NCBI RefSeq assembly: GCF_002113885.1
Contig: NW_018406560.1
Span: forward strand, 165,948 to 229,947
Direction: 5' to 3'
DNA length: 64,000 bases
Source of the DNA: Mizuhopecten yessoensis
Lineage: Eukaryota
How positions within the stretch are numbered: the first letter of the stretch is position 1; each line of letters begins with the position of its first letter. Of this stretch, positions 1 through 11,831 are shown piece after piece. The position numbers and the translations under genes are program-made. A model generated the notes under the pieces. It was given only the letters and a program-made list of their open reading frames with translations, was not told where the DNA came from and ran no database searches.

Positions 1-1992
1 CACTATCTGAGTTGTAGGGAGATCCACAACACCATCTGAGGTGTAGGGAGATCCACAACACTATCTGAGGTACAGGGAGATCCACAACCCTATCTGAGGT
101 GTAGGGAGATCCACAATACTATCTGAGGTGTAGGGAGATCCACAACACTATCTTAGGTGTAGGGAGATCCACAACACTATCTAAGGTGTAGGGACATCCA
201 CAACACTATCTGAGGTGTAGGAAGATCCACATCACTACCTGAGGTGTAGGGAGATCCACAACACTATCTGAGGTGTAGGGAGATCCACAACACTATCTTA
301 GGTGTAGGGAGATACACAATGCTATCTGAGGTGTAGGGTGATCCACAACACTATCTTACTTGTAGGGAGATCCACAACACTATCTGAGGTGTCGGAAGAT
401 CAACAACACCATCTGAGGTGTAGGGAGATCCACAACACTATCTGAGGTGTAGGGAGATCCACAACACTATCTTAGTTGTAGGGAGATCCACAATACTATC
501 TGAGGTGTAGAGTGATCCACAACACTATCTTAGTTGTAGGGAGATACACAATACTATCTTAGTTGTTGGGAGGGGGACAACACTATCTGAGGTGTAGGAA
601 GATCCACAACACTACCTGGGGTGTAGGGAGATCGACAACACTATCTGAGGTGTATGGAGATCCACAACACTATCTTAGGTGTAGGGAGATACACAATACT
701 ATCTTAGCTGTTGGGAGATCCACAATACTATCTTAGTTGTAGGGAGATACACAATACTATCTTAGTTGTTGGGAGATCCACAATACTATCTTAGTTGTAG
801 GGAGATACACAATACTATCTTAGTTGTTGGGAGATCCACAATACTATCTGAGGTGTAGGGTGATCCACAACACTATCTTAGTTGTAGGGAGATCCACAAC
901 ACTATCTGAGGTGTATGGAGATCCACAACACTATCTTAGTTGTTGGGAGATCCACAATACTATCTGAGGTGTAGGGTGATCCACAACACTATCTTAGTTG
1001 TAGGGAGATCCACAACACTATCTGAGGTGTAGGGAGATCCACAACACTATCTGAGGTGTAGGGAGATCCACAACACTATCTGAGGTGTAGGGAGATCCAC
1101 AACACTATCTGAGGTGTAGGGAGATCCACAACACTATCTGAGGTGTAGGGAGATCCACAACACTATCTGAGGTGTAGGGAGATCCACAACACTATCTGAG
1201 GTGTAGGGAGATCCACAACACTATCTGAGGTGTAGGGAGATCCACAACACTATCTGAGGTGTAGGGAGATCCACAACACTATCTGAGGTGTAGGGAGATC
1301 CACAACACTATCTGAGGTGTAGGGAGATCCACAACACTATCTGAGGTGTAGGGAGATCCACAACACTATCTGAGGTGTAGGGAGATCCACAACACTATCT
1401 GAGGTGTAGGGAGATCCACAACACTATCTGAGGTGTAGGGAGATCCACAACACTATCTGAGGTGTAGGGAGATCCACAACACTATCTGAGGTGTAGGGAG
1501 ATCCACAACACTATCTGAGGTGTAGGGAGATCCACAACACTATCTGAGGTGTAGGGAGATCCACAACACTATCTGAGGTGTAGGGAGATCCACAACACTA
1601 TCTGAGGTGTAGGGAGATCCACAACACTATCTGAGGTGTAGGGAGATCCACAACACTATCTGAGGTGTAGGGAGATCCACAACACTATCTGAGGTGTAGG
1701 GAGATCCACAACACTATCTGAGGTGTAGGGAGATCCACAACACTATCTAAGGTGTAGGGAGATCCACAACACCATCTGAGGTGTAGGGAGATCCACAACA
1801 CTATCTAAGGTGTAGGGAGATCCACAACACTATCTGAGGTGTAGGGTGATCCACAACACCCTCCGAGGTGTAGGGAGATACACAACACTATCTAAGGTGT
1901 AGGAATGTCCACACCACTATCTGAGGTACAGGGAGATACACACAACACTATCTGAGGTGTAGGATGGTCCACACAACACTGTCCGAGGTGTA
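1..1992. repeat. Minisatellite, 29-bp unit CACTATCTGAGGTGTAGGGAGATCCACAA
   Basis: About 68 tandem copies, perfect core ~1020-1740; runs off the window start. Confidence 0.97.
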
Positions 1993-2007
1993 GAGAGAAG
2001 TAACTGG

Positions 2008-2098
2008 TTAACTCATTTACCCCTGAAGACACATTTGAACTCGTCCAATACAAAGGTTGGAATAGTTCATTATGAAATATCAGGGGTGAATGAGTTAT
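2008..2098 (+). mobile_element. 91-bp TTAA-flanked mini-MITE, family A (piggyBac-like)
   Basis: TTAA-CTCATTTACCCCTGA...TCAGGGGTGAATGAG-TTAT; four further copies in the window. Confidence 0.85.
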
Positions 2099-2118
2099 CT
2101 GGCTAACCATTGACAACA

Positions 2119-2337
2119 GGGGCTGCTGTGGCCAAGTGGTGAAGGCATTTGACATTCTGTTTCCACTAACCCTCCACCACTGGGTTGTGGGTTCGAGACC
2201 TACGTGGGGCAGTTGCCAGGTACTGACCGTAGGTCATTGGTTTTTCTCTGGGAACTCCGGCTTTCCTCCACCACCAAAACCTGGCACGTCCTTAAATGAC
2301 ATAGCTGTTAAAAGGACTTAAAGCACAAACAAACCAA
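2119..2337 (+). mobile_element. tRNA-derived SINE family 1 (V-domain-like core)
   Basis: A box TGGCCAAGTGG, B box GGTTCGAGACC, core TGGTTTTTCTCTGGGAACTCCGGCTTTCCTCC, (CAAA)n tail; second copy at 8803. Confidence 0.85.
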
Positions 2338-3106
2338 GTCATTGCCAACCCTTATAAAAAGTGTTGTTTTTTGATCATTTGTTTATGAAGAAGACTTTAG
2401 AGGACCTGGTTTGATGTTGCTCATGTGAAGTTGCATGTTGCTTATCCTTTTGTTTTGGCGTCTTTATTTTGTTGTTCATTGTTTCTTTTATTATTATTTG
2501 TTTAATATTCACTTATGGCATTGATGGTAGTTTAGATAATTTGACAAATCTGAAATTCCAAATGGCTTTACTTATTTTGTATTTTGAAAGCATAATGGTA
2601 AAATGGGCCAGTAGTAAAGGCTTGTTCTGTTGGATGTGCGTAGTGATTGCTGTAAGTCCGACATCTGTTGAGCTGGAAGGCGACTAGAATTATGGTAGGG
2701 AGAAAGTATCAGTGCTTTTCTATAGAAGTTAATTTGGTTATGAGATAAATCAATAGTGCCATTACTCGCCATCCTGCGATTGTTACATTTATTTGATAAA
2801 GCATACCAATTGGGGAAATGTTCTTAGTAAATTCGTTACGGACACATAGTTGTTTCCGGGCCTGTAAGCTAACATACAGATGAGAGTCTTTAGCCCAGGC
2901 TGTGTATCCTAATGTCATTTACTATATATGAGCCACAGCAAATATATGTATCACAGGTACTTATATACTCAACAACTGTATACCACCCAAAGTACTCACA
3001 ACACATTCTCATAACAAATACTCATTCACTCACCAAACTACCCTTAACACCACTTAATTAATACCAATTTACTCACTTAACATCAGAAATTATATGACGA
3101 CCTCAC

Positions 3107-4260
3107 CAACTCATTTACTCAGACATTATAATTTACCCACCAGACAAACTCATTTACTCATCAGACACTCATTTACTCAGACATTATAATTTACCCACCA
3201 AACAAACTCATTTACCCACCAGACAAACTCATTTACCCACCAGACAAACTCATTTACTCAGACATTATAACTTACCCACAAGACAAACTCATTTACTCAT
3301 CAGACTAACTAATTTACCCACCAGACAAACTCATTTACCGACCAGACAAACTCATTTACTCGCCAGACATTATTATTTACCCACCAGACAAACTCATTTA
3401 CCCACCAGACAAACTCATTTACCCACCAGACAAACTCATTTACTCAGACATTATAACTTACCCACCAGACAAACTCATTTACTCATCAGACTAACTAATT
3501 TACCCACCAGACAAACTCATTTACCCACCAGACAAACTCATTTACTCGCCAGACATTATTATTTACCCACCAGACAAACTCATTTACCCACCAGACAAAC
3601 TCATTTACCCACCAGACAAACTCATTTACTCAGACATTATAACTTACCCACCAGACAAACTCATTTACTCATCAGACTAACTAATTTACCCACCAGACAA
3701 ACTCATTTACCCACCAGACAAACTCATTTACTCGCCAGACATTATTATTTACCCACCAGACAAACTCATTTACCCACCAGACAAACTCATTTACCCACCA
3801 GACAAACTCATTTACTCAGACATTATAACTTACCCACCAGACAAACTCATTTACTCATCAGACTAACTAATTTACCCACCAGACAAACTCATTTACCCAC
3901 CAGACAAACTCATTTACTCGCCAGACATTATTATTTACCCACCAAACAAACTCATTTACCCACCAGACAAACTCATTTACCCACCAGACAAACTCATTTA
4001 CTCAGACATTATAACTTACCCACAAGACAAACTCATTTACTCATCAGACTAACTAATTTACCCACCAGACAAACTCATTTACCGACCAGACAAACTCATT
4101 TACTCGCCAGACATTATTATTTACCCACCAGACAAACTCATTTACTCACAAAACATTCTTATTTACCCACCAGACAAACACATTTACACGCCAGACATTA
4201 TTATTTACCCATCAGACAAACTCATTTACTCACCACATATACTCATTTATTCACCACATC
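3107..4260. repeat. Minisatellite, 21-bp unit ACTCATTTACCCACCAGACAA, with 186-bp higher-order repeat
   Basis: Marker GACATTATAAC recurs at 3261, 3447, 3633, 3819 and 4005. Confidence 0.95.
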
Positions 4261-4356
4261 TCTTACTCACAAGAGATAATACTCACACACTATACATACT
4301 CATATACTATACCTCAAGTGCTAATTGACTCATTTAACATATTCAAATACTCATAC

Positions 4357-6116
4357 TTTAGGCATATAATGGTATTCAACAGAGAAAGCTAGAGATTAGT
4401 CTCTTTAGGCATCGTAATGGTATTTTACAGAGAAAGCTAGATACGAGTCTCATTAGGCATCATAATAGTGTTCAACAGGAAAAGTTATAGACGAGTCTCA
4501 TTAGGCATCATAATAGTGTTCAACAGGGAAAGTTAGAGACAAGTCTCTTTGGGCATCTTTATAGTGTTCAACAGAGAAAGCTAGAGACAGGTCACTTTAG
4601 GCATCATAATAGTGTTCAACAGAGAAAGTTAGAGACGAGTCTCTTTGGGCATCTTTATAGTGTTCAACAGAGAAAGCTACAGACAGGTCACTTTAGGCAT
4701 CATAATAGTGTTCAACAGAGAAAGCTAGAGACAGGTCACTTTAGGCATCATAATAGTGTTCAACAGAGAAAGCTAGAGACGAGTCTCTTTAGGCATCTTT
4801 ATAGTGTTCAACAGAGAAAGCTACAGACAGGTCACTTTAGGCATCATAATAGTGTTCAACAGAGAAAGTTAGAGACGAGTCTCTTTAGGCATCTTTATAG
4901 TGTTCAACAGAGAAAGCTACAGACAGGTCACTTTAGGCATCATAATAGTGTTCAACAGAGAAAGTTAGAGACAAGTCTCTTTAGGCATCTTTATAGTGTT
5001 CAACAGAGAAAGCTACAGACAGGTCACTTTAGGCATCATAATAGTGTTCAACAGAGAAAGTTAGAGATGAGTCTCTTTAGGCATCATAATAGTGTTCAAC
5101 AGAGAAAGCTAGAGACAGGTCACTTTAGGCATCATAATAGTGTTCAACAGAGAAAGCTAGAGACAGGTCACTTTAGGCATCATAATAGTGTTCAACAGAG
5201 AAAGCTAGAGACAGGTCACTTTAGGCATCATAATAGTGTTCAACAGAGAAAGCTAGAGACAGGTCACTTTAGGCATCATAATAGTGTTCAACAGAGAAAG
5301 CTAGAGACAGGTCACTTTAGGCATCATAATAGTGTTCAACAGAGAAAGCTAGAGACAGGTCACTTTAGGCATCATAATAGTGTTCAACAGAGAAAGCTAG
5401 AGACAGGTCACTTTAGGCATCATAATAGTGTTCAACAGAGAAAGCTAGAGACAGGTCACTTTAGGCATCATAATAGTGTTCAACAGAGAAAGCTAGAGAC
5501 AGGTCACTTTAGGCATCATAATAGTGTTCAACAGAGAAAGCTAGAGACAGGTCACTTTAGGCATCATAATAGTGTTCAACAGAGAAAGCTAGAGACAGGT
5601 CACTTTAGGCATCATAATAGTGTTCAACAGAGAAAGCTAGAGACAGGTCACTTTAGGCATCATAATAGTGTTCAACAGAGAAAGCTAGAGACAGGTCACT
5701 TTAGGCATCATAATAGTGTTCAACAGAGAAAGCTAGAGACAGGTCACTTTAGGCATCATAATAGTGTTCAACAGAGAAAGCTAGAGACAGGTCACTTTAG
5801 GCATCATAATAGTGTTCAACAGAGAAAGCTAGAGACAGGTCACTTTAGGCATCATAATAGTGTTCAACAGAGAAAGCTAGAGACAGGTCACTTTAGGCAT
5901 CATAATAGTGTTCAACAGAGAAAGCTAGAGACAGGTCACTTTAGGCATCATAATAGTGTTCAACAGAGAAAGCTAGAGACAGGTCACTTTAGGCATCATA
6001 ATAGTGTTCAACAGAGAAAGCTAGAGACGAGTCTCTTTAGGCATTGTAATGGTGTTCAACAGAGTAAGCTAGAGATGAGTCTCTTTTGGCATCATAATAA
6101 TGTTCAACAGAGAAAA
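4357..6116. repeat. Minisatellite, 48-bp unit GGCATCATAATAGTGTTCAACAGAGAAAGCTAGAGACAGGTCACTTTA
   Basis: About 36 copies; perfect core ~5080-6025 with diverged edges. Confidence 0.97.
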
Positions 6117-7537
6117 GTGTGTGTGAGTCAGTGTGATTGTGAACATCAAAGAAGGGACTAGATGTCCCATCATTCAAACTTGAGGAGTTGAATTCCTGCT
6201 TATTCTACAAGAAATTTTGCAGCAGGTGGAATAGAAACCAGGGGGTTTGTAAGAATTGGGTGGAGATGTTCTAACTGAATGTTTTCAGGTGTCTTTATTC
6301 AGATGAAGGAAGTTAGTTGAATGACAGTAAATTGGATGAGCCAGGCTGGAATGACTAGGGTTTTTATAGATAGATTTGTTGGGGGTGAAGATCGTATCCT
6401 AGTGCACAGTAATGTTACAGTTCTACCTCCCGCTTAATATCACTTGTTTACCGTGTAACGACGAGTAATAGCTACCCAATGGAAGCTGTAACAAGACTGT
6501 CGGATTAATAATGCATACTTTTTATTACTCTGTTGAAGTAGATATAGCAAATTCAATCATCCATGGCGAGTTTGACACATTTATCTGGAGCCTGCTACTA
6601 CACACCATAAACATTGAGGGATAATGAGAGGTTCCATCATAGTTGATAATGCCAACAACTTTTCTCCGCTGACATCAACCCTGTTTGAACAAATTTACCT
6701 GAAAATAGTCCGAGTGTGACAAATAATTGAGTATTGATTGACGCAAGGCGGATAGAGGCGAATGTACATACTACCGTAACCGCTTTGTACCGATTCCCTA
6801 GAGTCATTGATTCTGTTTCTCATGTCACAAGTGGCTGGTACTGGATGGATGGAATAGAAGAATAGAATATTTGTGTCATGAATAAAGAATGAAATTTGGA
6901 CATTCCACGTTATTAACGGACATACTTCTCGTAACAAATACATTTATCTTAGTCTCGAAGCTGTCCTACATTTAAACCTGCCTTTACATATTATGCTGTA
7001 GAGATATCATTACAAAAATAAAAAGATTTAACTGTTATTTGATTCTCATTTTTCAGTTTGCCATTTTATTGATAGAAACTTTTAGGCCTTTCAATACAAT
7101 TTCATTTTGTTATCAAACGAATTTATGAGTCTAAATCCAAATTGTTTCAGTTTTGATTTTTTTGGGAAAATTTATCTACTCAATTTGTTTAAAACATTTT
7201 TAATGTCTTGTAGTGTATAACCATTCCAGTGTTTTTGTAGATGTCTGAAATCTTCTGTTACTGGTTGGAATATGAAGAAGCCTCGAACACAGATATGTGT
7301 GTGGATTAAAAGTTCACTATTACATCAGACTCCCTATGATACTATTATTGATTGTTTACCAGAATTAATTTGTTTGAAAATTTTTCATGTTTGAATCTCT
7401 CAAAAAACTTCTTACCACAAATTCTGTATGGATAACCATGTTTAACAGTGCGTTTGTCCTGAACACAGTGCAACAAAACAACCACAGGTCCAGTGATTTG
7501 TAAACCGATTTACATGATAACAGAATACGCTCTGTTT

Positions 7538-7985
7538 TTATACAGATATTGATATTATACAGGGTTTCTTTTACAGGTTTACATATTTTATGAGATTTGG
7601 TTTATACAGATTATACAGGGCCTGGTCTATACAGGTTTACAGTGTCTGGTTTATACAGGTTTACAGATTATACAGGGTCTGGTTTAAACAAATGTACATA
7701 TTATACAGGGTCTGGTTTATACAGGGTTACAGGGTCTGGTTGATACAGGTTTACATATTATACAGGGTCTGGTTTATACAGGTTTACAGGGTCTGATTTA
7801 TACAGGTTTACAGATTATACAGGGTCTGGTTTATACAGGTTTATTATAAGGGTCTGGGTCATAGAAGTTTACATATTATACAGGGTTTGGTTTATTCAGG
7901 TTTACAGATTATACAAGATCTTGTTTTTACTGGTTTATAGATTACATACATAATTTCTTTTTACACAGCCACTGATATTACAGAG
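7538..7985. repeat. Degenerate array of TTATACAGGGTCTGGT / TTATACAGGTTTACAGA subunits
   Basis: Direct tandem repeats of variable unit length. Confidence 0.9.
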
Positions 7986-8506
7986 TTTTGTTATTTTGAA
8001 TTCATGATAAACTCTCCTCAAATATAAAGTTGTTGTGAAACACAAATATGCGATTGGATGACAGACGACTGTAGCATCTGACAATACAATCCCTGCTCTT
8101 ACTTGTGTGTAAATACTCAGGATGATGTGTTGATAGTTGCTGGATATGCAATTACCTGTTTTACAATCATTACAGGTGTTTTAATGAGATGATGACAAAT
8201 CACATCTTAAAGCTATCTTAAACATAACACCTTGATTCTTATATACCTGTTTGTACAGCTGAGACATTTCTGATGACTTAATCGATTAGAATTGTACTTA
8301 TATAGGTGAAATTTTAATCATTAAGGTGAATTAATTAACATCTTATTATTATAAATATTTGATTAAAACAAAGCTGAAATACCTGTTTATTTTCCTTTCC
8401 ATTAGAAGGAGTTTAATCACAGGGGTTTGACTACCAGCCGTTTGTTATCTTTAACGTAATAAATTGATGCCTGTTTTATTTACTGTTACTCCACTTTTTG
8501 TTTCAG

Positions 8507-8635
8507 GTGGCTATTAAGATAATAGATACAAGGAAAATAAAGGAGGAATATGTACGTCAGAACCTACATCGCGAGGCTCGTATCCTTGGCCAACTCCGCC
8601 ATCCTAACATTGTTCGACTGTACGAGACACTTAAG
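8507..8635 (+). CDS. Internal coding exon of an AMPK-related (HUNK-like/MARK-like) Ser/Thr kinase, subdomains II-IV
   Basis: Acceptor ccactttttgtttcag| and donor |gtaggt; 129 nt, phase 0/0. Translates VAIKIIDTRKIKEEYVRQNLHREARILGQLRHPNIVRLYETLK (VAIK lysine, alphaC glutamate, HPNIV). YVxxNLxRE resembles HUNK. Confidence 0.95.
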
Positions 8636-8707
8636 GTAGGTTCGCGAATGAAATGCATGTCTCCATATCCAAACCTACATTACCTCATAACATTATCTAT
8701 CTCTTAA

Positions 8708-8798
8708 TTAATCCTTTCACCACCGTAGACCATAATGGACTAATCCAGATCAATGCATGGGAGAGTCTACTAAAGTTACATAGGGGTGAAAGGGTTGA
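8708..8798 (+). mobile_element. 91-bp TTAA-flanked mini-MITE, family B
   Basis: TTAA-TCCTTTCACC...GGTGAAAGGG-TTGA; close copy at 35146. Confidence 0.85.
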
Positions 8799-8802
8799 AA
8801 TA

Positions 8803-9022
8803 GGGGCCTCAGTGGCCAAGTTTGACATTCTGCTACCACTAGCCCTCCACCACCACTCGGTCACGGAATCGAGACCTACGTGGGGCAGTCGCCAGGTACT
8901 GACCGTAGGTCTGTGGTTTTTCTCCGGGAACTCCAGCTTTCCTCCACCACCAAAATGTGGCACGTCCTCGAATGACCATATCTGTAAATAGGACGTAAAA
9001 CACAAACAAACCAAACCAAAAC
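8803..9022 (+). mobile_element. tRNA-derived SINE family 1
   Basis: Colinear with 2119-2337; ends GGACGTAAAACACAAACAAACCAAACC. Confidence 0.85.
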
Positions 9023-10869
9023 CTTAAAAAGAAACTAGGACTGGCTCCAGGATTCTGATGTTGTATTGGACCTAGACAGGATGTTCACCTGGGAAGAGGA
9101 TTGTTCGATGTCATTTATCATCAGTGTGAATCCGGCATACCTTTGTTTACCGAACAAGATACCACTAAAAATAATAGCATATTTACTGTAGAAGTAGAAA
9201 TTATTTCACTGTTCATATGCTCACATTTTTTGCGTTGAGTAAATTACCTGTAGAGAAAAATATCCACACACAATAGATGTAGATTAACCATTGGTAATTG
9301 TATCTATGTTAGCACATTCAAATGACCTTTGACCTGTCACATTTCTATACAGGTACTTCCCTGTAGGTAGATAAAACAAAAGCAAACACGGACAATTCGA
9401 TTAAGTGACAGTTTAAGATTTTCTTTTTCACACAAATCGCTGAAATATTTAAACCAAGTTAACTAACACCTGGTGTCAAATTTCTGCTTAAATAAAGTTT
9501 GAGCCAAATACTGGTTCAGTCCCTAGTCCTGGTGTTGTCATCATGTCTCGTTGAAAGAACCTCTTCAAAATCTGATGACATCAGTTCTAAACACTTTAAA
9601 ACGAATTCAGCTATACCACTTCAGGGGAAAAACAGCATTCTCGTTGCTTTTAGCTTTGTAGGAGTTCAGTACTTTGATCTTTTTGCTCTACCTTACTTTT
9701 CCCTGCACCTCTCCCCTATACAGCATGTGCTTCAGCCTTGGTCAGCCTTGGTCAGCATTGTGAACATAACTGGTAATTAAATCGCCTGATAGAATGTCAG
9801 TCGAAGATGGTTTCTGGTTTAAATCACGGACTGATGTGTTCTTCCCATCACACAGGCATGCAGTAGATTGTTTCAGGACAAAACTGTGACGATAGTGCTA
9901 TAGACGAGTTCCTCATGATTTTCATAAAAAAAAATCAAAGAATTTACATCTTTTTAATAATGAAATGTTGTCAAAAATTAGCAGGACACCATCGTCAATT
10001 AAACAGAAAATATACAGATTGGATGTTGTCTTGGAACAGAAAACACCCATCCAGTTCAGATCAAGCCGGAAAGTCTGAACAGACGCTGTAATTGGAAAAA
10101 AAGCTAATGTAATGTTTTTGAACGGTAGATTGTGTGTTTTTTATGCATGTGTTGTACTTTATCTTGTCTATACAAACCTACCTAATATAACTAAGAGTAA
10201 AATGACCTTTGGCCTCTGTTTGAGGTCATTATCATCAGGATATTCTAACTGTAGTTTTAGAGATTGATTGTTAAATCCAGTGGTGAAGGGTTTATTATCA
10301 TTGATTCAAACATCACCTGAAGACATTGCATCGTGACGTAGACAGTTGAGCCCTAAGAGGCACTCCTGGAGGGAATTATTTGCACTCGGTCCTCCTTCAT
10401 CATTTTATCAGTCTGTCAACCATATATATATATACTCTCTGGTCCCCCAATGACTGATGGTTGGTTATCATGTTTATATTAATTAGTTAATTAATTTTCT
10501 AATTGTATAAAGACAAGGTTTACTGAGTGACCTTTACAATATGAAAATTAACTAATAAGAGATAGATTAACGTGATAGTCAACTACCATGAGTTTTTGAG
10601 TCCTTTTTTCTCTCATAACATTCAAATTATGTTTATCAAACCTTATCTTTCTCTTTAGAGAGCAATTTTCTTTTTCCCAATTGGGAAAACAGTTGCCATT
10701 ATTTATGATGTCACCATAGAAGATGATGTCATAACACATTATTACTTGACATCATAATTACAAGATTTACTGAATGAAATAATTTCAAGGGTGTTATCCA
10801 CTAGTGGGTAAGCAAAAATGTTTACCAACTCCTAGAAGGCTTATCCATGGGACTGGAGTGAGGAAATGT

Positions 10870-11082
10870 AGGCCGTTTTCGTTTAACAGTTGAACCGGTC
10901 GGACCACAGTTGTTCGTTTATTAAATAAGGTCGGACCTAGTAATCTGATGCTGCCTTCAGGCGAGCCTTGATAAGACCTTGCAAGGCCTACATAAACATT
11001 TGCAGGTCCGCCAGGATTTATACTCAAAATCGTTACATTAAAAAACGGACAAACCGGTTGTTCCGCACAAACGAACAGGCCT
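10870..11082. mobile_element. Probable PIF/Harbinger-like MITE
   Basis: Imperfect TIRs AGGCCGTTTTCGTTT...AAACGAACAGGCCT with a subterminal AACCGGT at both ends; no clean TSD. Confidence 0.4.
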
Positions 11083-11083
11083 C

Positions 11084-11236
11084 TATATTGGTTGTGGGAG
11101 AAATAGAGTTACGGACCTTTTAGTGCCGAGTCAGTTCAGAGGTGAGGGACCATGGATTACTTTATATTGGTTGTGGAAGGAACAGAGTTACGGACCTTTT
11201 AGTGCCGAGTGAGAGGTGAGGGACCATGGATTACTT
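11084..11236. repeat. Two-copy tandem duplication (~80 bp)
   Basis: TATATTGGTTGTGG...GAGGTGAGGGACCATGGATTACTT occurs twice. Confidence 0.9.
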
Positions 11237-11303
11237 GTAATACTCCTCCTTCCATTTAAGTTTCAATATTAAAAACCAATGCAAAGAGATCAGACAACAG
11301 TTT

Positions 11304-11456
11304 TGTAATTATCCTGCTGATGCAAAAGGAACAAAGGAGTTGCCAACAGGTGGAACCAGCGACCTGATCCTTCCAGTCTGCCACTCTACCAATTCAGCTG
11401 AAGGGAAATTACCTGTAGGGCAAAGGTAGAGGGTGATCATGATAATATATGCAACA
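11304..11456 (-). mobile_element. Diverged TG...CA element with internal tRNA-like segment (relative of 46404 and 62795)
   Basis: Shares GAACC.GCGACC and CTCTAC...AGCT.AAGGGAAATT; TGTAA...AACA ends; 153 bp. Confidence 0.45.
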
Positions 11457-11480
11457 ATGAAAACCAGCCTTATGAAACCC

Positions 11481-11826
11481 TCCCAATGTCCGATTAGTTA
11501 ACAATCTGGCCTTCTACGCAGGCAGCCGGGGTTCGATGCCCAAAGTCGCCATATGCATGGACTATTCAAAGAAAGTGATTTTCTTCTGCCCCCACAACTC
11601 CAAAAACCAAGGTTGAATATCAAATGGTCTTGGGTGGATGTTGCAGTATCTGTGGTGAAGCATTCAAGTGAGGACTGGCACTATAAAAAAGATGTCGTTG
11701 GAAGCACAGTCCAAATAAAAACCTAATACAAAATATTTCCTCCACACACGAAGGCATACACACATAGGGAGATAAACATGTAAGCCAGGTGGCAAAGGAC
11801 TAGAAGGTTAGCGCCTGATAAAGCAG
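11481..11826 (+). mobile_element. tRNA-derived SINE family 2 (Meta-domain-like), 3'-incomplete
   Basis: Colinear with 52807-53143; B box GGTTCGATGCC; TTCAAGTGAGG...GCACTATAAA. Confidence 0.8.
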
Positions 11827-11831
11827 AATGA

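Noticed and set aside
5067-6161. 364-aa ORF (FRHHNSVQQRKLETGH)n
   Set aside because: Stop-free frame of a 48-bp minisatellite; no splice or domain evidence.
8498-8707. ORF-track start and C-terminal extension of the kinase exon
   Set aside because: Kinase similarity is confined to the splice-site-bounded 8507-8635; the rest is intron read-through.
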